The position numbers were made by a program, and so were the translations under genes. This document shows, in pieces, positions 24,560 through 40,934 of a stretch of 50,591 bases of DNA. Within the stretch, counting starts at the first letter, position 1; each line of letters begins with the position of its first letter. The notes under the pieces are model-generated. The model ran no database searches. It was not told the DNA's origin and saw nothing but the letters and a program-made list of their open reading frames with translations. This stretch comes from Octopus bimaculoides (taxonomy: Eukaryota): NCBI RefSeq assembly GCF_001194135.2, contig NC_069002.1, forward strand, positions 20,303,998 to 20,354,588, given 5' to 3'.

Positions 24560-27500
24560 TCTCTTTTTAACCAAATCCAGTGGCTAGCTTTTTACACTGC
24601 AGTTTGGATATCAGTCATGGTAGTATTTACCTTACGATGAGTTAGGCCTAACGATAACAACAGTCGTCTCACACTGTGTCCTACAAATCCTCTGCATCAG
24701 ACTTCGATTGGAAAATGCTCCGCTTTCCAGCCTGCATCTTCACATTCTTCGAGGAGGTTTACATAACGGTCAATCTGTTCGAGCCCGAGCAGCGTCTATG
24801 TTATCTCCATGAAGACCTGTTAACTCGACTAGATTCACGGCTTTCTTTCACACCACATTAAAATGTCGGTTTCTTTTTTTCATAACTGCAATGGGAAAGA
24901 GTCCCTGGCTCCCCGGTAAATCTGCAGTCACCTCCCAATAACCGTTCCACTTTTCATCGCTCACAAGAAGTTTGTTCTTCTTCTTCTTGATATGGATCCG
25001 CTCTCCTGAGCGCATAAAGGTAATGAAATCTCCAGTTGGTACTTTCCACGGTTTTTTTTTTTTCACTGTTGTTGAGATCAATTTGGTTCTTTATAGCATT
25101 GCAGATAACCTTAATTCGAAAAGAATATGTTTCAGTCTTCTGACATTTCTATATTTGCATATATCATTTCCTGAGACGTTCCATCTCTAGAAGTTATTTT
25201 CCTCTTAACAACATGTTCCTCCCATCTCGTCATCTGTCCTTGTTGAATACATTGGATCAAATGAAGCCCTCTTCTCTCTGCTTCCCTCGTTTTGACACTG
25301 TTGCTAACAATAGATCTGCGTTCGCTTCGCATCAAACTTGCAAACGGTCTGAACTGATCTGCGCCAAAACCAAGTCCTTTCCGATGATTTTGCGTTGCAC
25401 CCACCATATCTCGGTGTGTAAGAGGAGATAAGATGTCATCATCAGTCTCGGGTTCTGCTTTCCCCTTCCTGGCCGTTTTCACCTCTTGTGGGTGACGCCT
25501 GATTCCCATGTTCTTCGACTCTCTCAGCATCATCATTGTTCGTACATTCCCCAGCTTAAGTATTCCGACTATTGACGCCAGTGGTAACTGCAGCGAGCCC
25601 CTTTTACGATAAAGAGTTGAACTGTTCAATATCCAAGGTAGGCCTAGCCACTTTCTAATGAACAGTCGTGGAGACAAGCAGAACTACAAGCACCAAATTT
25701 TATATTTATCTGGTAACTTCGAGTTATCAATCGCTGATAATCCAACCTCGGCTTGTTTCATAATTTCCATTACGTGACTTCTATCTGAAAATGTTCCAGC
25801 ATATACTCGCCCCAAGCTCTTGACGGGTTCTTCTTTGACTGTTGAAATGCTTTTTTCAGCTATTCGAAACTTAAATTCTTTCTGCACTCCCTTAAAAATG
25901 TCAGACTATGCGACGTTTCTGCTCTAAACCGCATCCTTGACCACCTCACAAACTCGTCTAGTTTCAAGAGGGCATTCTGCATGATTTGCTTATCTGTAGA
26001 TAGAAGTGTCACGTCATCCATGAAGGCTGTCTTAGGCGATTGTATATGGGCGATTTGTTCCGGAAAATCCACGGCTATCAAAATCATCTCTATGAAAAAG
26101 ATAAACCATGTGACAAAATATTTTACAGCCAGCAGCAATGCCAATCTCCAATCGGTGCCAATCTGTTGTAAAATCTCCAGCTGTAGACGTCATCTCGAAA
26201 CTATCATAATATATCCTCATTATTTTGATCGCTTTGTGTGGAAATGGTCCATGGCTCTTATCAATAATTTGTGTGGCACTGGGCCATATGCATTAGCTAG
26301 GTCAAGTCATACCACGTTCAGACTTCTCTTTTTCTGTTTGGCATCCTGGTTCGCTGTCCAAATCGAAAAACAGTATTCAACGCATCCAGGGATCTCAGGG
26401 ATTCCGCCCTTTCGAACAGATTCATCAAAATATCCATTATGCTGTAAATATGTCACTGTTCTCCTCGAAAGAATTCTCATAAAGATCTTGCCTTACACAT
26501 TCAAAAAGGATATCGGCCTAAACGGTTTTATAGTCTCTGCATGGCCTTCTACAGTAGGTATATGCTTTCTGCTTTGCACCAATCCTCTACTAGAGTCTCT
26601 TCGTGCGACAGCTGTCGTAGTAGGAGAATGAGCTTCTTTCACAGACGATTGCAATATTTGCAAATTTTATACGGGACGCCATCACCTCCTGGGGCACTCT
26701 TTGCTCTATCTTTTCTTGCTCGCTGATGTTCCCAATTTGGAATTGGATATCAGGTTCTGAGAGATGATTTAGCGCATGTAGATTTAGCAGTGGCTGGTCA
26801 CAGTGCGGATCGCTGTAGGTTTCTTTGAGATGAGCGTCCAATTTTTCTTTCGTGCACGATAAAGAACCACTCTTCGGTTCAGTGGACAGCTTCTTAGTAA
26901 ACCCTTACGGGTCCTTCAGAAACTGCCCCCAAGTCCTTTTACTTTCCTTTCGTCGCTCATATCAGTGCATATGTCGTGGCACATAACGGCGTTTCCTTTT
27001 CAAATCATCGTTATGCAGCGGGAGGCCAAGTTTTTCATCTTCTGTAACACATTTCCATCGCTTTCTTAGGCTAGTCTTTTCCTTCCTCAACTCTTTCATT
27101 TTCCTGATCCTCCTCTTTGGTCTACACTTTCCTTTCGCTAATCGGATATTCTCTTTCACTCCAAATAATTCCTTTCCTGTATCGTAAATAGAGTTTGTTA
27201 ACTTTCTCAGTTTCTCCACTGTAGATCCTGTCATACCTTGTTTTCAAACTCTTTATATCTTCCTTTCTCATTAGCAGTAGGCCACAAAACCCTCGGTTTC
27301 GTCTGAGTACTATCTGATGCACCAGTTTCATTACCTTCAAGGAAGAGGTCTTTGCTGTAGCATTTATCGATCCACTGTGGTTTGACTCCGGTGATGATTT
27401 GCCACATGTTTTACGATCAGATGTCCCACAATGCTCCGTCCTCTTCTTACCAGTCTTTCCCTGATGCATCTTCAAGCCTCTCGCGGTTGTAGAGGTCTTA

Positions 27501-27565
27501 CAGTTTTTGTACTTCGTTCGCTTTTCGAATGAATAGCCGTACTCGTGTCCAGGGTCATTTCCATG
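24560..27565 (-). mobile_element. Near full-length, decayed HERO-type (R2 superfamily, RLE) LINE
   Basis: N-terminal 'CKTSTTARGLKMHQGK', 'LDLANAYGPVPHKLL', 'WHRLEIGIAAGC', 'AFMDDVTLL', 'IRKWLGLP', 'HRDMVGATQNHRKGLGFG', and an RLE region 'GDNIDAA' at ~24800. Confidence 0.85.
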
Positions 27566-27799
27566 TTAACGACTCTACACAAAGTAGACTTCATAATAAA
27601 CTTTAATCATACCAAACAGGGATTCATTTTTTTGTACACAATTTTTATACAGTATAAGATTTCGTATATGTGTATGTATGTGTGTGGGTGTGCGTGTGCA
27701 TGTGTTTGTGTCTATGTGTACGTGTGTGTGTTGTGTGGTGTTGTGTGTGTGTGTGTACTCACGACAAGCTTTAACGAAGTTTCCATCTACGAATTCATT

Positions 27800-28200
27800 C
27801 CCGTGATACTGAATTCGTCAAGAAATTTTCCAATAGAAAGCATTTGTTTATCGCATCGTTTCCCTTAAGTGAAAGGAATCAAGTTTATTTCATTGTTATT
27901 CTTACAATTATTTAACTTCGTATTTAGAATTATATCTCAGAATCTTCTCTTGAAATCCAGCTGTCTTCTCTGTGTTGACAACGAATTTATAAATATTTCG
28001 ATTATACAAATGTTTTATAATATTTTACTGTGTGTTTATATTTCCGATGTGTGTCGCCTTTCAATGAATATGAATATGGAATTGGTTCATATTTCAAAAT
28101 TTACTAAGTATGTATATGAGTGTAATAAGATCTTTTGCCATGATAAATAGCTCGTTAAATATATATTTCATCACAGCTAATTGTTCTCTGTGTCATAACC
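27800..28200 (-). mobile_element. Possible Penelope-like N-terminal remnant
   Basis: 'IYILSKF..N.FHI..KATHIGNINTQ.NIIKHLY' resembles the PLE N-terminal 'ILSKGL.Y.P.P....DINTF.R.I.IKHL'. Very weak. Confidence 0.2.
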
Positions 28201-28465
28201 CTCCAGTAATATTACTTAATTCATAGATTTCTACAAATTGCTTTTCCAGATACACAGGCAGCTTTGATTATCTATAATATATTATCAATGTTATCGCATC
28301 ATAATCATAAAAATGTACGGTAATTGCAGTTCGCCAAGATTAGCTTTATTTCTATTAGTTTCAAATATGAATTCTATAACAGAGCATTTCAATTTATCTT
28401 GAAGGCATGGAACATTATGGCGACAGGATTGTTTCTGTTTCACAACCAATATTACTGTTGTTATT

Positions 28466-28887
28466 AAGATGGTAAGCTAGCAGAATCTTTACCAACGTTG
28501 GGCATGATGTTTAGCAGCATTTCTTCTGTTCTTTAAGATTTGAGTTCAAATCCTGCCAAAGTCGACCTTGCCTTTCTTCCCTTTAGGGGTCGTTAAAATA
28601 AGAACCAATTGGGCACTAAGGTCGACGTAATCGACTAGCCCTTCCCCTCAAATTTCTGGCCTTGCGGGAAGCTGGCAGGGTCGTGACCATGCCAGGCGGA
28701 ATGCTGAACGGTATTTCGACTGTCGTAACGTCCTGAGTTCAAATTCCGCTGAGATCGACTTCGCCTTTCATCATTTAGGGCTCGATGAAATATGTACCAG
28801 TTGAGCACTAGTGTCGATGTAATTGACTATCCCCCTCCCCAAATTTCAGGCCTTGTGCATATAGTAGAAAGGATCATTATTATTATT
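28466..28887 (+). mobile_element. Two tandem copies of SINE family 2 (28466-28662, 28668-28887)
   Basis: Each has agct(a/g)gcag...GAGTTCAAAT(C/T)C (B box)...gtcgac.t.gcctttc..c.tttaggg..cg...ggccttg. The second ends in (TTA)n. Confidence 0.85.
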
Positions 28888-28889
28888 GC

Positions 28890-32340
<3,451 letters not shown>

Positions 32341-33055
32341 GTTAAGGTAACGGCACATGTGTTCATTCTGTTGGGTTTTTACGATATGAGTTTATTCCTG
32401 TATGGTTTTGGGGGAGTGTTGTATATTAGTGTGTGTAAATCATATCAACTATATCATAGTATTTAGGGTTGTCTAGCCATCGTTCTGTGTCTTTTAGTTA
32501 ATTTCGTTATGGGTTCGTTTTTATAGGGTATACTTTATATAATTGTACACCACCCACACACATGTGTTAATGTTACTTTCGTAATTATAATTATTATTAT
32601 TGATATATCAGTGAGAGACCGAGAAGAAACAGGAATATGCATGTACAGAGAGGTTTTGCATAAATATGGATGCGCTTCTAATTAAAATTAAAAATTTAAT
32701 ATTTAAAAACTTTACCTACAGGTTTGCAGAAATATTGCAGCATTTACATTTTTACGCATATGTTGTTGTCTAAGGCCAACCCATTTTTGTATATACATAC
32801 ATACATACATACATACATATANNNNNNNNNNNNNNNNNNNNNNNNNNNNNNNNNNNNNNNNNNNNNNNNNNNNNNNNNNNNNNNNNNNNNNNNNNNNNNN
32901 NNNNNNNNNNNNNNNNNNNNNNNNNNNNNNNNNNNNNNNNNNNNNNNNNNNNNNNNNNNNNNNNNNNNNNNNNNNNNNNNNNNNNNNNNNNNNNNNNNNN
33001 NNNNNNNNNNNNNNNNNNNNNNNNNNNNNNNNNNNNNNNNNNNNNNNNNNNNNNN

Positions 33056-33113
<58 letters not shown>

Positions 33114-33305
33114 CAGCCAGCCAGACAGACAGTCAGACAGACAGACAGACAGACGGACAGACAGACAAAGAGAGTGGTAGATAGATAGATAGATAATTTA
33201 TAGATAGAGAGACAGAGAGAGAGAGAGAGAGAGACACCGAGAGAGAGACAGAGAGAGAGAGACAGAGAGAGAGACGGTTAGATAGATAGATAGATAGATA
33301 TACTA
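33056..33305. repeat. (GATA)n/(GACA)n/(GA)n compound microsatellite
   Basis: Directly visible. Confidence 0.95.
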
Positions 33306-33464
33306 CATATGAGAAACTTGACATGGTTTACGTTAAAGCATAGCATTTTGTTTTACGGATTCTTAATTCCTGCTTCATGAAACTTTCAGATTATATCTAT
33401 CAATTCGGCAGCTCGCTGTCACACGTCCACGGCGTTTGGTCTTCGCTGCGGTATTATTATTATT

Positions 33465-33940
33465 GAGTGAGAGAGCAGCGCATGCTATCAAAGTGACACT
33501 GGGGTAAAATATACGAAGCCCAGTATACCCATCATGACTACCCGTCTGATAAGTGTTCACCAGGCACATGCATCACAACCATATGTGCGCCAAATGGTGA
33601 TCTCATATCAAGATAAACAGCGCATGACCTCGCAGGTTAGGCCTAGTTAGAATTTTCTTTAGGTCGAGTAGCCCATCCCACTCAAAAGGTCCCTGAATAA
33701 GGTTTGTTTAAGGATGTTGAGCAAAAAACCCATGTTTCCAAAGGTGAATTATTCAAAGCCCTAAGAATTCCTTTCAACACATGGCTATGATGCTCCCCCA
33801 CTACTTCTGCTCATGATCAGAGATGCACATATCATCATCAGCCACTAAGGGAATGCTCAACTGGTTAAAGTCAAACAACTGACAAGCAAATCTGTGGTAT
33901 TGAGCAAAATATTTGATATCGCCCATCTTTTTATACCAAA
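33465..33940 (-). repeat. Non-coding interspersed repeat 'X', longest copy; partial copies at 36233-36480 and 36668-36825
   Basis: Three alignable copies (gagagagcag.gcatgctatcaaagtgacactggg...ctacccgtctgataag...). Each abuts a (TTA)n or (TTGA)n tract. Strand is inferred from the tail. Confidence 0.85.
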
Positions 33941-33966
33941 TTATTATTATTGTTATTATTATTATA

Positions 33967-34038
<72 letters not shown>

Positions 34039-34049
34039 GTTGTTGTTGT

Positions 34050-34790
34050 TGTTGTTGTTCTTGTTTTCTTTCTTCAAATTTTTGTCTATTTCTCGCCGAG
34101 GGTTTTCCGTACCCATGGGGCAGTGAAGCTCATTGTATGCATTCCAAGTTTACACACGCAAATCCACAGGTAAAACACGTATTAAAAAAATTAATAAATA
34201 TATAAATTCATGAATGGATGTTCTTTCATGATAATGCTCTTCTCAGTACATGAGTCGTTTCAGTTAACACGATTTTTTGCACTTCCTGTGGGGATAGTAA
34301 ACCTGGTATCATTTTCAAATAGGTTTCAGTACCTTTTTCTGTCATTCCTAGAGATCCTACAATCACTGGTACGGTAGTCGCCTTGAGATGCCACATTTTT
34401 TCAATTTCTATTAGCAAGTTCTTATATTTACTGATCTTGTCAAATTCTTTCGCCGCTATATTGTGATCGCAAAGAATACTTATATCAATTAATAAACACA
34501 CCTGTTGTGACTGTTCTTTTATAATAGTATCCGGTTTATTAGCTTTTATAGTTTTGTCGGTATGCATAGAGAAGTCCCAGAGAATTGACACATTTTCTCC
34601 CTCAGTCACAACTTCAGGATGCTGTTTATACCATTTGTCAGCGGTTTTGATTTTATAATGCCGACATATTGTCCAGTGTAAATACTGACCGACTCTGGCA
34701 TGTCTTGCTTTATATTCTACAGGTGCTAAGACTGTACACCCTGAGATTAGGTGATCTATAGTTTCAATCTCATTTGCTTTCTTTCAGGTA
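34050..34790 (-). mobile_element. R4/Dong LINE 3' fragment (CCHC + RLE + 3' UTR) ending in (AAC)n(AAT)n
   Basis: 'ETIDHLISGCTVLAPVEYKARHARVGQYLHW', 'ILWDFSMHTDKTIKANKPDTII', 'CLLIDISI', 'KISKYKNLLIEIEKMW', 'EVQKIVLTETTHVLRRALS*'. Confidence 0.92.
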
Positions 34791-34794
34791 GTAA

Positions 34795-36184
34795 TCAGAG
34801 CATTATCTTTTGAACTTCAGCCATTTTGGGGTTTCCTGGTATCTGAGCTAGGTAGTAATCAGCCCTTTTTGCTGTCATTCCCAGGGCACCTATGACAACA
34901 GGTATTGTTTTAGTCTTCAGATTCCACATTTTGCTAATTTCTATTTCAAGATCTTTATATTTGCTCAGTTTTTGGTAGGTCTTGACAGATACGTTTATAT
35001 CGATTGGGACAGTCATATCAATGAGGAGGCATGATTTTTGTCTGAAGTCTTTCAGTATGATGTCTGGCCTATTTGCATCTATCTTTCTGTCAGTTTGAAT
35101 GGTGAAGTTCCCGAGGAGTGCGATGTGATCATTTTCAAGTACTGGGAGTGGTTTGTGTTCCCACCAGTTTTTATTATGGGGCNNNNNNNNNNNNNNNNNN
35201 NNNNNNNNNNNNNNNNNNNNNNNNNNNNNNNNNNNNNNNNNNNNNNNNNNNNNNNNNNNNNNNNNNNNNNNNNNNNNNNNNNNNNNNNNNNNNNNNNNNN
35301 NNNNNNNNNNNNNNNNNNNNNNNNNNNNNNNNNNNNNNNNNNNNNNNNNNNNNNNNNNNNNNNNNNNNNNNNNNNNNNNNNNNNNNNNNNNNNNNNNNNN
35401 NNNNNNNNNNNNNNNNNNNNNNNNNNNNNNNNNNNNNNNNNNNNNNNNNNNNNNNNNNNNNNNNNNNNNNNNNNNNNNNATAAACCCCTCTGTTTCTGAT
35501 TTCAAGCCAGAGGCCATTAGCCATTGATGGGTAAGGGCTTTGTCAATATCTGCATTATTCGCTCTCTTTGGGTATTTGCCATTGAGAGGTTTTCCATGCC
35601 ATTTTTCAGTCATAATATCTAAGGCAGCAATTTTAGCACGGGTTTTCGAGCGCTTAGCTTTTTCTGTGGGTGTTTCTAGTTCGTCTAATTCTTGCATTTG
35701 TTGCAATTGAAATTCACTTAGATATTCATTTGCCTGTTTTGTTACTGAGTAAGATGCTTTCTTGCTTTCATGTTTTGAGACAAGTTTTAGCATCCAGACC
35801 TCAGAGTTTTTCAGATAGGTGTCTAGGCCAATTGTGGCTACCTTCATTGTTAATGTCAGCTGTAGAAGTCCATGGCCTCCCTCTTTTCTTGGTAGATAAA
35901 GACGTTCTATAGGATAGTGACATTTTTACCTTCAACAACTGGCTCAAGATAATGTATATATCAGTAAGCTGAGTGTTTACATATTTTACAATGTAAATAC
36001 TGTCTAATACTATCGTGGAGAATTTATTTTGTATTCTTTTGTTGTCAGCAGAGGATATCCCCAGACGAGATGCTCTATTGTTTCATCAAATTTATCGCAG
36101 AATCTGCTTATGGGTTCAGGACCGTTTTGATGAACGTTAGCCTGGTAGATTTTGGTAAGCAAGGTTTGATCATGTGCCAACAAT

Positions 36185-36185
<1 letters not shown>
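34795..36185 (-). mobile_element. R4/Dong LINE 3' fragment lacking its extreme 3' end
   Basis: 'GGHGL', 'KPLNGKYP', 'QWLMASGLKSETEGF', 'TIQTDRKIDANRPDIILKD', 'LIDMTVPID', 'KYKDLEIEISKMW', 'EVQKIML*'. 5' junction at (TTA)n. Confidence 0.92.
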
Positions 36186-36232
<47 letters not shown>

Positions 36233-36513
36233 GAGTGAGAGAGCAGTGCATGCTATCAAAGTGACACTGGGCTAAAATATACGAAGCCCAGTATATACTC
36301 ATCATGACTACCCGTCTGGTAAGGGTACACCAGGCACAGGTATCACAACCATATGTACACGACATGGTGATCTCATATCAAGACAAACAGCGCATGACCT
36401 CGCAGGTGGGGCCCAGTTAGAATTTTCTTCAGGTCGAGTAGCACATCCCGCTCAAAAGGTCCCTGAATAATGTTTGTTTAATGATTATTATTATTATTAT
36501 TATTATTATTATA

Positions 36514-36593
<80 letters not shown>

Positions 36594-36622
36594 CATTATT
36601 ATTATTATTATCATTATTATTA

Positions 36623-36669
<47 letters not shown>

Positions 36670-36839
36670 GAGAGCTGCACACGTCATCAAAGTGAGTAGA
36701 AATATACGAAGCCCAATATACCCATCATCGCTACCCGTCTGATAAGGGTACACCAGGCACATGCATCACAATTATATCTGCACGACATGATGATCGCATA
36801 TGAAAATAAACAGCAGATCACCTAAAAATCCTTCCTTAC

Positions 36840-38330
36840 GATTCTTGTATAATATATGGTAGTAGTTTTTTGCAGGTTGAAAATGAGTCTTAATTCCAAT
36901 GTGGGATTTCTATCAAGTATTCCTCAGGTGTTCATAGAATATTTCTTCGTTGCTCTTGAAGAATCTATTCTACTGAGAATTGTTTATTTTTTGTTGGTGT
37001 CTGCTTCATCTTTTTTTTAACCAGACTACTTTGGATTTTTTTGTCTTAACACTAATTATCTGTAATTCTTTGTGCCTAATTTACGTTATTTGCAGTTCTT
37101 TACTGCGTAGTTCACTTAACCACTTCTTCTCTACTATTCTATGTTTTTTTCTTCCAGATATCTTTGGACCTTTTTCATTTTCCTTCTCAAGTCCTCGTTC
37201 TCATCATGGAACATTGTTCTTTGTTTTATTTTGGCGTTTGTGGATGGACAAAAGCTTCTCAGTATATAGTCCCCTTTCGATCTATTATGTGTTTAATGTA
37301 GATTTAATTGCTCGACATTTGTTTTTCCTACTTTACTTTTTTGTCTTTCCATACCTTTCAGAATTGGTGAGCCTTATCATTCACTAATTTGTCTCTAATA
37401 CAAGCGTCATAGTAAACTCATTTCTTCCTCTATAACAGTCTTTCCTTCCACAAATTAAGATGTGTCTTTGTCTCGACAGCTTCTTCTTATGGGTGGAGTT
37501 ATTGGTTCCACTAGTTTCAATCGTCTGCTACCTTTTATTCGTGCTCAACGTAGTTATGTTCAAATTACTACTTTGAAGACTTCCTCAAATTCAAACTAGG
37601 ATAACCACTATCTCTGTAGCATCACATTTTTCTGGTCTAGAAGTCTTTGTTTCGTGATAGGAAACACGTCTTTCTCTCTCAGCCAACATTTTCCTATATC
37701 CTGTTTCGGTAGGTTCTCATCTATTGCAGCATTCCATTACAGTTTTGTTTTGAGTCCATTTATTCCTGATATTAGTAGCAGTATTTACATACCACCTGTT
37801 CCACTTTGATGTGCATTGGGACACTTGCTGCGCGATATTAACATCACCCAGGTTTCAGGTTTCATGTAGGCAATTGTGATCGTTTCTATTTGGCACTACT
37901 TTCATACAGAGGAATGTGGTGACAAGATGCCACAGCTTTTTTTTGTTTATCAAAATACCGTCTCTAGAGAGTCACCTACTGAGGCTAAAGAAATCCTCCT
38001 CGTATGACGACGTTCTCTGCCGTTTTTTCTCTTCTCGGGGATTCATTGGAGAGTTGCTATACTAACCGCTAATGGCTTCAGCGGCAGCCCTCCTTGTCTT
38101 GTAAGTATCGTAAGTATTGGTTTTATATCCAGGACTGTGGATGAAGTAGAAAGAAAAATACCCTCGTCACAGAGCAGAATCTGTGGGGATGCCGGTTTTG
38201 TTGCCGATGGTCCGACGACTTTGTGGCCGCTGATCAGAATTCAGTCATCGAGGTGTGATTTGATTTCCTTCCTACCATCATGGTGGTGGATGAGAAGCGG
38301 ATGTCACGTGCCCAATAAATTAGTTTTGGG
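36840..38330 (-). mobile_element. Decayed N-terminal part of an R4/Dong LINE
   Basis: Basic linker region 'SRHQQKINNSQ.NRFFKSNEEIFYEHL' is homologous to the 'RY..R...YQ.NRLF...Q.RFYK' segment of the other Dong copies. Upstream limit uncertain. Confidence 0.45.
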
Positions 38331-38765
38331 AGAGATGTAGTGAAGATGAAAAGGAGTGCAGGAAAGAAAAACGAGCGAGAAATGAGGAGGAGAATGTATA
38401 CGTTTCAATGGGATTTAATCTCTCACTGACTCGCTCCTTTTTCTAGTTCACAAGTGTGCCGCACCTTCTTTGCCTGTTGTATTGTTAATGTAACGGATTC
38501 TGCCAAGGTAATTGTCTAAGATATGGCTGAACCTACGCATTTATAGAAGTAAACAACCGACAGTGTTGCATCGATGCAAAACTTCCCAATATTCACTGTT
38601 CTTTTATTACGTCCTGGACTAGTGTCGGATATTCCCAGGTCACCAATATTTGAAACCCTATTCTAAAATGATTTTTCAGGTTTAGCTTTGGCAAGGGTTG
38701 TAAGAAATGTTAGTCGAGATTTTGTGCACTCTAGTCTTAACATATTAGTATATATCCCAGAGTAG

Positions 38766-39141
38766 AGGGGCAATGGCCCAGTGGTTAGGGCAGCGGACTC
38801 GCGGTCATAGGATCGCGGTTTCGATTCCCAAACCGGGCGTTGTGAGTGGTTATTGAGCGAAAACACCTAAAGCCCCACGAGGCACCGGCAGGGAATGGTG
38901 GCGAACCCTGCTGTACTCTTTCACCACAGCTTTCTCTCACTCTTACTTCCTGTTTCTGTTGTGTCTGTAATTCAAAGGGTCAGCCTTGTCACACTGGGTC
39001 ACGCTGAATATCCCCGAGAAATACGTTAAGGGTACACGTGCCTGTGGAGTGCTCAGTCACTTGCACGTTAATTTCACGAGCAGGCTGTTCCGTTGATCGG
39101 ATCAACTGGAATCCTCGACGTCGTAAGCGACGCAGTGCCAA
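38766..39141 (+). mobile_element. tRNA(Arg-like)-derived SINE family 3
   Basis: A box TGGCCCAGTGG and B box GGTTTCGATTCC, followed by a ~300-bp non-tRNA body. Confidence 0.85.
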
Positions 39142-40056
39142 CATACATCTATCCCAGGACGGCTCATAAATAATTAAGCAAAGATTACTCTGATACGATT
39201 TGATCCTGAATTACGATGCTTTCATGAAAACTTCATAACTTCATGACCCTGTTTTCACCTATGTTTGCCTCAATTAATGAATGTAAGATAATTATTCCTG
39301 AGTGCGTCGCAAAGCAGGCTGTGTTGTGATCAAACTAAGGAAATAGTTCTATACGTGTCAACATTGCCCATATTTGGAGTATTGTATTTTTAGTTGCCTC
39401 GCTAGTTACGTGGTGATGGAAGCTGAAGCCAAAAACAATCACTGGTAAATTTCATACAACATATGTGTACATTGAGACAGAGAAGTACTTGTAATACGTT
39501 TGCAATCAGAATTAACTTTGTTGGCGGCATTCGCTTAACGATGTACGCGTTGAGAAACAAATTACTTCTGGAAATACCAAAAATAACAGATAACAGAAGA
39601 TAAAACAAATACAAAAATAAGAATTGTGTATTTATTGTTGTTAATGTTATTGCTGATCTTCATCTATCTTGAACACTTGATACTACCGAATCATTAACAA
39701 AACATTTATGAAATGGATTTATAGCATTAGCTGTTTAAATGCAATAAATATTAAGATGTCACATTTTCATGAGTCGGGAGATGCAGGTAGATTGCTTTAG
39801 CATTTAATGTATTTAACATCACACAGCTTGATAAATGCAAACAGACATCGATTTATCTATCTATGTATCTATCTATCTATCTACCTACCTACCTACCTAC
39901 CTATCTATCTATACGCATGTATGTATATATATATATATATATATTGTATTTCGTGATGGCCATTTTTATTTGGAGCCAAATAAACATACGAACTATATAT
40001 TTTTATCTTCACTCATTTATTACTGTCCTCATTTTATTATTTTAGCTCATGTTCAT

Positions 40057-40101
40057 TATCAGAGAATCTTTCGTCACACATCTGTGACCTCTTCAGCGAC
40101 A
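40057..40101 (-). ncRNA. 45-nt minimal type I hammerhead ribozyme motif
   Basis: UGUCG-CUGAAGA-G-GUCACA-GAUG-UGUGAC-GAAAG-AUU-CUC|UGAUA. Perfect 6-bp stem II, 5-bp stem I (with G.U pairs), near-palindromic stem III AGAUUCU. Confidence 0.7.
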
Positions 40102-40230
40102 CTTCGTTTTCGTGTGTATTCTTGCTCCTATTGCTCTGTTGAAATACAACAATATCTGTTTCAACACACGATTCACATCAGGAATCTTGCAAAACGAATT
40201 AATATATATCTATATCTATATCTATCTATC

Positions 40231-40271
<41 letters not shown>

Positions 40272-40866
40272 NNNNNNNNNNNNNNNNNNNNNNNNNNNNN
40301 NNNNNNNNNNNNNNNNNNNNNNNNNNNNNNNNNNNNNNNNNNNNNNNNNNNNNNNNNNNNNNNNNNNNNNNNNNNNNNNNNNNNNNNNNNNNNNNNNNNN
40401 NNNNNNNNNNNNNNNNNNNNNNNNNNNNNNNNNNNNNNNNNNNNNNNNNNNNNNNNNNNNNNNNNNNNNNNNNNNNNNNNNNNNNNNNNNNNNNNNNNNN
40501 NNNNNNNNNNNNNNNNTTTGTACATTTACAGATTTTTATTAATGTCACATGTTTTATAAATTAAATAAATCGCTTTTCACCTGATTGTATAGGATTTTCA
40601 AATTGTTTTGAGCCCACCTTGCGGTGGGGTTTCTTTATATAGTTTTATTGAGTGTGTAGGGGTGGGGAGAGAGATATATAGGATAGTAAAAGAGGGTGAG
40701 GAATGGAGGGAAAAGTGAGAGAGAGAGTGTGTGTGTGTGAGTGTGTGTTTTTTTGTGTTGGTGTGTGTGTCTGTGTGTGTGCATGTGCGTGTTGATGGGA
40801 AAGAGAAAAGAAGAAAATTGGGTTCATAGCTGGTTAGTTCTTTTCAATGATAAGTTTATTTTTAGC

Positions 40867-40910
<44 letters not shown>

Positions 40911-40934
40911 TACATACGTAGATATATATGCATC

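Noticed and set aside
38766-38840. tRNA gene candidates (also the heads at 2580-2651 and 23830-23900)
   Set aside because: A/B boxes continue into shared SINE bodies and no full cloverleaf is evident, so these are SINE heads.
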